From contig OY759744.1 in NCBI GenBank assembly GCA_963662735.1, positions 970,153-1,034,152 of the forward strand: a stretch of 64,000 bases of DNA, in the 5' to 3' direction. Positions 57,600 through 64,000 of the stretch are shown piece by piece (positions within the stretch are counted from its first letter, which is position 1; each line of letters starts with the position of its first letter). This stretch comes from an uncultured Methanoregula sp. Lineage in GTDB: Archaea; Halobacteriota; Methanomicrobia; Methanomicrobiales; Methanospirillaceae. The position numbers and the translations under genes are program-made. A model generated the notes under the pieces. It was not told where the DNA came from. It made no database searches and was given only the letters and a program-made list of their open reading frames with translations.

Positions 57600-58874
57600 T
57601 TATCCGCGCCCGAGCTGCTGGTGAGCGCGGGCCAGGTGCTGGGCAGCAAGGGCCCCGAGGAGCGAAAGTTCTCCGGCAAGGATACCGGTTCCGATGATCT
57701 CCGCGAGTTTCTTTGCATTGGTTCCCGGGGGTGTCCCGCTGCCGGCAACGCCGAGCATCTTCAGGCACTCCTGCTGGGTATCGACAGCGGTTCCGCCGCC
57801 AACCGTACCAACCGGGAGCGAAGGAAGGGTAACAGCAACATAGACCCCGGTGTCTGTGAGGTCGACCGTGGTGATGCAGGTGCTGCCGTCAATTGCATGT
57901 GCAGCATCCTGGCCGCAGGCAATGAACATCGCCGCCGTGACATTCGCTGCATGGGCGTTGAACCCCATGGCGCCGGCCCGGGCGGAGCCAACAAGATTTT
58001 TGCGGTAGTTCACTTCGAACAGGGTCTTCGCATCGGTCTTTAAGATCTCTTTGATCTGCTCGTGGGAGAGCGCGACGCCGGCGACAACGCTCCGACCCCG
58101 GCCCATAATGTTGTTTATTGCAGCCGGTTTTTTGTCCGTGCACATATTGCCCGAGAGGGCGATGAGCTTTGCACCCGTACCCTGCGCAATCAGGTCGGCT
58201 ACCTTGGCACTCGCGATGGTCACCATGTTCATGCCCATTGCGTCTTTGGTGTCAAACTCGAGCCGGACATAGACGCTTGTCCCGGCAACGAACGTGACGA
58301 CATCGATCAGTTTCCCGTGGGACGTGGTGCTCTCTGCTGCTATCCTCAGTTCCTCGCGGTGCACTTTTACCCAGTCGCCGACCTGTGCCGCGTGGCCTAC
58401 ACTGTCGGTCGAGAAGACCGGTGCCCGTGTCATACCGTCGTGGAGGACCCGTACTTCTGCCCCGCCGGCTTTTGTTATCGCGCTGCACCCGCGGTTGACC
58501 GAGGCGACCAGTGCGCCCTCCGTGGTTGCAAGCGGGAGCCAGTAGTTCCCGGTGGCATAGCCCCCGTTGATGAGGACCGGCCCGGCGACCCCGAGTGGTA
58601 CCTGGATGACACCTATCATATTCTCGCAGTTCCGCTTGACCACCCGCTCGACATCGATCGAGAGGATGCCGGCGTTTTCGAGTTTTGTGTCCGTCTCCTC
58701 CTCAATAAATTCGCGTCGCACCCGGATCGCGTCGATCGGGGAGAGCTCCTTTTCGAGTTCGTAAAGTTTCAGTGTCCCGTCCCTGAGGCGCTTGTGAATA
58801 ATAGTATCCCTGTCCCTGTCGTGACCTGACTTTGCGCTGCCCTGCCCGGAGCCGCGCTCCGCATCATCAGCCAT
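57600..58874 (-). CDS. hmgA: HMG-CoA reductase (class I)
   Basis: 424 aa with conserved ENMIG...PLGVAGP, DAMGMNM and GTVGGGT blocks. Confidence 0.93.
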   Translation of the reverse strand: MADDAERGSGQGSAKSGHDRDRDTIIHKRLRDGTLKLYELEKELSPIDAIRVRREFIEEETDTKLENAGILSIDVERVVKRNCENMIGVIQVPLGVAGPVLINGGYATGNYWLPLATTEGALVASVNRGCSAITKAGGAEVRVLHDGMTRAPVFSTDSVGHAAQVGDWVKVHREELRIAAESTTSHGKLIDVVTFVAGTSVYVRLEFDTKDAMGMNMVTIASAKVADLIAQGTGAKLIALSGNMCTDKKPAAINNIMGRGRSVVAGVALSHEQIKEILKTDAKTLFEVNYRKNLVGSARAGAMGFNAHAANVTAAMFIACGQDAAHAIDGSTCITTVDLTDTGVYVAVTLPSLPVGTVGGGTAVDTQQECLKMLGVAGSGTPPGTNAKKLAEIIGTGILAGELSLLGALAAQHLARAHQQLGRG

Positions 58875-58900
58875 GAATAACTGTTAGGACGTATACTGTT

Positions 58901-59830
58901 ATGATATACGTGGTCAGGATGACGGTCTTGCAATGGGGCATCCGGGTGCCGGCACGGCGGGGAGAGGAGATGCGCCAGGCGCTGATACGGGAGGGCGCGC
59001 TCGACACTTCGCTCCGGGTCCTGCGGGACGGGGATACGCTAATCCTTCCGCTCACCGGTCCGCGTGACGGTGCAGAACAATTTGAATTCGAAGCCCACCC
59101 GGGCCGGGAATCGCTTCCCCGGCACGAGCTGGTTGGCGGGATTGCTATCATGCAGGATGATGACCCGGCAGGTGCCGGAAAGATTCTTGCCTCCCGCCCC
59201 TCGCTTCACACGGTCGTGTTCGCTGAAGGGGAAGTGCATGGAGAGTACCGTACCCGGGAATTCCGGGTGCTTGCGGGTGATCCGACCACGCGGACGGTCG
59301 TGACCGAACACGGCTGCAAATTCACCGTGGATCTTGGCGGAGCGTACTTTTCTGCCCGGCTCTCTACAGAACGGCAGCATATTCTCGCACAGGTGCAGGA
59401 CGGGGAGATAGTGCTTGACATGTTTGCCGGGGTCGGGCCGTTTGCGATAATCCTCGCGGCGAAGGCCACCCTTGTTGTAGCCTCCGATCTGAACCCGAAG
59501 GCGATTGAGCTGATGCTTGAAAATAGTGCACAGAACCGGACAAAGAATGTGCTCCCGATGCTTGCGGATGCCCGGCGGCTGGCAGATATCCTGCCATGGA
59601 AATTTGACCGGATCGTGATGAACCTCCCGCTGGCCGGTACGGAATTTTTACCGGAAGCCTTCCGGCTCTGCCTGCCGGGTGGGACGATCCATTTCTATTC
59701 GCTCGTGTCCGCTAAGGGAGAGCACACGGCCAGGATTGCAGAGCTTGGCGGAACGGTGCTGTCCGAGCGGGAAGTACGGTCATACTCGCCCGGGCAGTGG
59801 CACGCGGTGTATGATATCCGGGTGAAATAA
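58901..59830 (+). CDS. trm5: tRNA (guanine37-N1)-methyltransferase, Trm5/Taw22 family (Met-10+ like)
   Basis: Class I SAM motif DMFAGVGPFAI and NLP motif (IVMNLP). Alternative start at ATG 58919. Confidence 0.8.
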   Translation: MIYVVRMTVLQWGIRVPARRGEEMRQALIREGALDTSLRVLRDGDTLILPLTGPRDGAEQFEFEAHPGRESLPRHELVGGIAIMQDDDPAGAGKILASRPSLHTVVFAEGEVHGEYRTREFRVLAGDPTTRTVVTEHGCKFTVDLGGAYFSARLSTERQHILAQVQDGEIVLDMFAGVGPFAIILAAKATLVVASDLNPKAIELMLENSAQNRTKNVLPMLADARRLADILPWKFDRIVMNLPLAGTEFLPEAFRLCLPGGTIHFYSLVSAKGEHTARIAELGGTVLSEREVRSYSPGQWHAVYDIRVK

Positions 59831-59874
59831 TTCCCGGCAATCCCGGGTGTTATTCAGGGTTTTAAAAAAAAGGA

Positions 59875-60267
59875 TTATTCCACCGGTACGAACTTCGTGC
59901 CGTAGTGGATGATGCCGCTCTCGCCATCGGTGGCGATCCTGCGGAAGACACTCTTGACCTTCATGCCGATCTTGGCCTCTTTCGGGTCGCAGATGATCTG
60001 GGTGGTCATCTGGGGACCCTCGTCGAGCTTGATGATGGCAAGCACATAGGGTCCGTGGGATGCAAACTGGTCCGGTGCGGTCTGGATAACCGTATACGTG
60101 ACAATTGTTCCCTTGCCGGAGAACTTGTGGTCAACGATCTTTCCTTCCCTGCGGCAGTCGGGGCAGAAGGTCCGCGGGGGGAAGAAATGCCGTCCGCAGG
60201 TCTCGCACTTCGTGCCGATCAGGTTGTACCGCTGGGGGATTTTTCTCCAGAATCGTGCTACGGTCAT
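59875..60267 (-). CDS. DUF35 Zn-ribbon/OB-fold protein (scaffold of the archaeal thiolase-HMGCS complex)
   Basis: 130 aa with CETCGRHFFPPRTFCPDC rubredoxin-like ribbon plus an OB fold. Directly downstream of the thiolase gene. Confidence 0.88.
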   Translation of the reverse strand: MTVARFWRKIPQRYNLIGTKCETCGRHFFPPRTFCPDCRREGKIVDHKFSGKGTIVTYTVIQTAPDQFASHGPYVLAIIKLDEGPQMTTQIICDPKEAKIGMKVKSVFRRIATDGESGIIHYGTKFVPVE

Positions 60268-60268
60268 T

Positions 60269-61435
60269 TCAGACCCTCCCGAGGATGTGGACAGCCACCG
60301 TTGCTCCGGTGCCGCCGACGTTCTGCGTCATGCCGATCTTCGCATTATCAACCTGGCGTTTGCCCGCGGTGCCGCGAAGCTGCTGGACGATCTCGTACAC
60401 CTGCTTGATGCCGGTCGCACCGACCGGGTGACCGCAGGACTTGAGCCCGCCGCTCGTGTTGACCGGGATCTTCCCGCCAAGGGCAGTCTCGCCGTCAGCA
60501 GTGAACTTGCCGGCCGTACCTTTCTTGCAGAACCCGAGGTCCTCGATCGCACAGATCTCGGCAATCGAGAAGCAGTCGTGTACTTCCACCATGTTGATGT
60601 CCTTGTGGGTGAGTTTCGCCATCTTGAAGGCCCGCTGGCCTGCCGCAACGGTTGCGTCCATGGTCGAGATGTCACGCCTGTCGTGAAGGGCGATGGTGTC
60701 GCTTGCCTGTGCCGTTGCCAGTACCTTGATGGGGGTGTCAGTGAACTCGCGTGCCCGTTCGAGCGGGGCAACAATGACCGCTGCCGCACCATCGGTAATG
60801 GGCGAGCAGTCGAAGAGCCGGAGGGGTTCTGCGACCATCGTGGATCTCAGGACGGTCTCGATCGTGATCTCCTGCGGGAACTGGGCAATGGGGTTCCGTG
60901 CACCGTTATAGTGGTTCTTCACGGCTACCTGTGCCAGCTGCTCGCGGGTCATCGGGTACTTGTGCATGTAGTCCTTTGCGATCATCGCGTAGAGACCGGG
61001 GAATGTCGCGCCGACAAACCCTTCCCACTCGCGGTCCGCAGCGCCGGTGAGAGCGTCGGTGCTTGCACCGGGCTCCACATCGGTCATCTTCTCGACGCCG
61101 GCTGCCACGACAATGTCTTCCATGCCGCTCGCAACCGCAATAACGGCCTGCCGGAAGGCAAGACCTCCCGAGGCACACGCGGCCTCGACACGGGTCGAAG
61201 GAATGTGGCGGGTTGCCATACCGGCGTAGTCCGCGATCAGGGCGCCGATGTGCTCCTGCTCAACGAACCGGCCTGCACTCATGTTCCCGACGTACATTGC
61301 ATCGATCTTCTCGCCCGAGAGCTGGGCATCTTCAAGGGCAAGCGCCCCGGCCTCGACAAAGATATCTCGGAACGACCTGTCCCAGTGCTCGCCGAATTTC
61401 GTGCATCCGATCCCGATAACTGCTACGTCTCTCAT
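60269..61435 (-). CDS. acetyl-CoA acetyltransferase (thiolase)
   Basis: 388 aa with active-site Cys region VEAACASG and C-terminal NTSGG..S.GHP.GATG. Confidence 0.92.
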   Translation of the reverse strand: MRDVAVIGIGCTKFGEHWDRSFRDIFVEAGALALEDAQLSGEKIDAMYVGNMSAGRFVEQEHIGALIADYAGMATRHIPSTRVEAACASGGLAFRQAVIAVASGMEDIVVAAGVEKMTDVEPGASTDALTGAADREWEGFVGATFPGLYAMIAKDYMHKYPMTREQLAQVAVKNHYNGARNPIAQFPQEITIETVLRSTMVAEPLRLFDCSPITDGAAAVIVAPLERAREFTDTPIKVLATAQASDTIALHDRRDISTMDATVAAGQRAFKMAKLTHKDINMVEVHDCFSIAEICAIEDLGFCKKGTAGKFTADGETALGGKIPVNTSGGLKSCGHPVGATGIKQVYEIVQQLRGTAGKRQVDNAKIGMTQNVGGTGATVAVHILGRV

Positions 61436-62481
61436 GATTGCATCACCAGTTTTCCCTTGTGCTGGGCGTATCGTGCATAATCCAGGTAGATGGGATTCTT
61501 GAGCAGTTTCTCTACCCCGGGAGCTGCATCGCGGTTGATCTTGTCCTTGATGGCTTCGGTCACTTCGATATCGAAGGCATCGCTGCCGGCACCGGACCCG
61601 AACGAGCAGACAAAGATCGTGTCGCCCGGTTTCGCGATATCCAGCGTTGCGGCAAGCCCGATGGGGGATGCGCCCGAGTAGGTGTTACCCAGGTGCGGGA
61701 CAACAAGGCCCGGCTTGATCTGTTCGGGTTTGAAGCCGAGATCCTTTGCCACCTTCTGCGGGAATTTCGCGTTGGGCTGGTGGAAGACCGCGTAGGTGAA
61801 GTCCTTTGGGGACTTCTTGGTCTCCTCGAAGAGGAGGTTGCTTGCTCCTTTCACGTGCTTGAAGTAGCCGGGGTCTCCGGTAAACCGCCCGCCATGGCGG
61901 GGGTAGTCCTGTCCTTCGCGGCGCCAGAAGTCTGGTGTGTCGCTTGTGAACGAGCTGGTGTGGTGGATCGTTGCGATCGGGTCATCGTTCCCGATCACAA
62001 AGGCCGCACCGCCCGCTGCTGCAGTGTACTCGAGCGCATCGCCCGGCGCACCCTGCGAGACATCGGATCCGATGGCAAGCCCGTACGTGATCATCCTGCT
62101 CTTCACGAGACCCATGCAGGTCTGGATCGCGGCAGTGCCTGCCTTGCAGGCAAACTCGTAGTCCGCGGCGGTCATGTTGGGTGTGGCACCAATGGCCTCG
62201 CCCACCGTACACGCAGTGGGTTTCACGGCGTACGGGTGCGATTCGCTGCCAACATATACGGCCCCGATCTTGGCGGGGTCGATTTTCCTGCGAAGCAGGG
62301 CATTGCGTGCTGCTTCAACAGCGATTGTTGCAGCGTCTTCGTCAAGGTCGGGGACGGATTTCTCAAAAACGCCCAGCCCGCCGGTAATATCCGAGGCATT
62401 GCCGCCCCAGACCCGTGCAATCTCCTCGACCTTTATGCGGTATCTCGGTATGTATACACCGTAAGTAATGATGCCTACCAT
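61432..62481 (-). CDS. hydroxymethylglutaryl-CoA synthase
   Basis: 349 aa archaeal HMGCS pattern (GI..YG.YIP.YRI, ...ACKAGT...). Overlaps the thiolase start by 4 nt. Confidence 0.9.
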   Translation of the reverse strand: MVGIITYGVYIPRYRIKVEEIARVWGGNASDITGGLGVFEKSVPDLDEDAATIAVEAARNALLRRKIDPAKIGAVYVGSESHPYAVKPTACTVGEAIGATPNMTAADYEFACKAGTAAIQTCMGLVKSRMITYGLAIGSDVSQGAPGDALEYTAAAGGAAFVIGNDDPIATIHHTSSFTSDTPDFWRREGQDYPRHGGRFTGDPGYFKHVKGASNLLFEETKKSPKDFTYAVFHQPNAKFPQKVAKDLGFKPEQIKPGLVVPHLGNTYSGASPIGLAATLDIAKPGDTIFVCSFGSGAGSDAFDIEVTEAIKDKINRDAAPGVEKLLKNPIYLDYARYAQHKGKLVMQS

Positions 62482-63185
62482 TCTTTTTCCCTCAGGGTAC
62501 TCACGATTTTGTCAATATCCATGCCCGTACACAGGACGGTGATGCGATCCTTCTCCGCCATCTTCTGCACGATCGGGTGAACCTCGGAGACTTCGATGCC
62601 CTGGAGGATCACGCAGCGTGGTTTGAATGGCGTGACGCGGATTGCAACCATCGGTGATTTCCCGGTCGAGACATTGGTAAAGACCAGTGCCCGCTCGGTA
62701 CTCCAGCCGTAAATGCGGTTGAACTCCTCTGATGAGAGCTGCATGATCGCATTGAGGCTGTTGACCACTGTGTAGCCGAAGATGACTTTGTCCATGGACC
62801 CGCAGAGGAGCGAGCAGCCGATCGCGTCAGTGAATTCCTGGAGCGGGATCGCTGTTTCGTACTCGTGGAGATCGTAGATAACGTCATCATCGACATTCGA
62901 AAAAAGCATGGTTGAAAATTTCTGAATGTGTTTCCCGCCGTTCTCCTCGTCAATGGCAAGGAGCGTGTCGACTATCTTGCCGACAACGGCAGTGCCGGGA
63001 CTTTTCCTTCTGCCACTCTCGTAATCGCTGATGACAGAAGGCGAGACCCCAAGACGGTCCGACAGGACGCCCGGTGGTATCTCGAAGTTCATGCGCCATT
63101 TCTTGAGCGCGTGTCCCGGTGAGTCCGACAGCGTAATCTCACCTGCCATCTTCTCGGCAAGCTGGCTCCGCAATCCGGATTTCAT
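62475..63185 (-). CDS. XRE-type HTH transcriptional regulator with an uncharacterised C-terminal domain
   Basis: [38 protein letters not shown] is a classic HTH_3 motif. Its stop overlaps the HMGCS start by 7 nt. ATG 63185 is used. Confidence 0.75.
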   Translation of the reverse strand: MKSGLRSQLAEKMAGEITLSDSPGHALKKWRMNFEIPPGVLSDRLGVSPSVISDYESGRRKSPGTAVVGKIVDTLLAIDEENGGKHIQKFSTMLFSNVDDDVIYDLHEYETAIPLQEFTDAIGCSLLCGSMDKVIFGYTVVNSLNAIMQLSSEEFNRIYGWSTERALVFTNVSTGKSPMVAIRVTPFKPRCVILQGIEVSEVHPIVQKMAEKDRITVLCTGMDIDKIVSTLREKEW

Positions 63186-63309
63186 GCTCACTACCAATGA
63201 TGTGGAGTATTAAATAATTAACGAACGCGGCTTCGACAGGGAACGAACTACGACGGAGACAATCCCGGAAGGCAACTCATAAATAATAAGCATCTCAATT
63301 TTGATAAGC

Positions 63310-63975
63310 ATGATACCAGCTGAGGATCTCCAGTGTCTCAAGGCGATCGCACTGAGGGGCGGATGCAGCGGCCCGGTTTTTGTCTCCACCCAGAGCATCG
63401 GCACGATGCTTGCGATCAGCCAGCAGACGGCATCGCGCCGGCTCAAAGGGCTTGAATCGGCGGGGCTGATTGCCCGGACAATGGCTGCGGACGGCCAGCA
63501 CGTCACGCTGACAAAGCACGGCGAGGAAGAACTCAGGAAAGAGTACCAGGAGTACTGCCGGATCTTTTCTGAAGGCGGGAAGTCCTATGTACTGAGCGGT
63601 GCCGTAGTATCCGGGATCGGCGAAGGCAAATATTACATGAGCCGCGATCCCTACAAGGAGCAGTTCAAGACCCACCTCGGGTTCGAGCCATACCCGGGCA
63701 CCCTGAATATCCGGCTCTCCCCGTCAAGTATCCCGGTACGGAAAAAGATCGATGCGCTCACCTGGACCCGGATCAAGGGGTTCTCCACGGACGGCCGGAC
63801 GTTTGGCGATGCGAAATGCATTGCCTGCCGGATCGGTACCATCTCCTGCGGGATTGTTATGCCGGGAAGAACGCATTACCCGGAGGATATCATCGAAGTA
63901 ATTGCACCCATAGCGCTGCGCAGGAAACTCGGGGTCGAGGATTCCGACAGCGTGACCGTTGAGGTGGGTCAGTGA
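63310..63975 (+). CDS. ribK: CTP-dependent riboflavin kinase with N-terminal winged-helix domain
   Basis: The C-terminal GEGKYYMS...YKEQFKTHLGFEPYPGTLNIRL matches archaeal RibK. The N-terminal ISQQTASRRLKGLESAGLI is a wHTH. Confidence 0.85.
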   Translation: MIPAEDLQCLKAIALRGGCSGPVFVSTQSIGTMLAISQQTASRRLKGLESAGLIARTMAADGQHVTLTKHGEEELRKEYQEYCRIFSEGGKSYVLSGAVVSGIGEGKYYMSRDPYKEQFKTHLGFEPYPGTLNIRLSPSSIPVRKKIDALTWTRIKGFSTDGRTFGDAKCIACRIGTISCGIVMPGRTHYPEDIIEVIAPIALRRKLGVEDSDSVTVEVGQ

Positions 63976-64000
63976 TCGACGAGGCCCTGCAGGCACTCCG
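63972..64000 (+). CDS. 5-prime end of an unidentified CDS (runs off the window)
   Basis: GTG overlaps the ribK stop (GTGA), then IDEALQAL... Only 9 codons are visible. Confidence 0.25.

Noticed and set aside
60098-62580. 460-aa and 380-aa plus-strand ORFs
   Set aside because: They are antisense to the DUF35/thiolase/HMGCS operon and are shadow ORFs.

Overview
High-GC archaeal chromosome segment, most likely from a methanogen of the Methanomicrobia. Supporting genes: cofD for F420 synthesis, an A1AO ATP synthase, the PolD large subunit, aIF-1A, archaeal mevalonate-pathway genes, and HEAT/PBS and PEGA proteins. The housekeeping core includes atpKECFABD (11.3-17.4 kb), with atpI-atpH displaced and on the opposite strand (34.7-37.1 kb). 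It also includes a ubiX / UbiD-like / AcnX-large-subunit operon (5.9-8.8 kb) and a DUF35-thiolase-HMG-CoA synthase operon near HMG-CoA reductase (57.6-62.5 kb). Other core genes are PolD DP2 carrying a 165-aa mini-intein, tRNA-Leu(CAA), hisG, ribK, and a six-gene prepilin-like operon facing a roughly 1080-aa VWA/Ig-like secreted protein. The most unusual part is a roughly 14 kb accessory block (about 19.3-33.3 kb). It holds an hsdR-hsdM-hsdS Type I R-M operon whose downstream end runs into an AT-rich patch of unassigned genes. These are a PD-(D/E)xK protein with two TM helices starting 1 nt after hsdS, two decayed hsdS 3-prime remnants that mark cassette junctions, an Mrr-family nuclease, a wHTH+HD pair, and a PRTase-like protein with an unknown Cys-containing C-terminal domain. 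I recognise no integrase. The block ends in a roughly 420 bp array of eleven 25-bp AT-rich units interleaved with GATC-rich palindromes. All functional calls come from motif recognition by eye, and no database search was possible.
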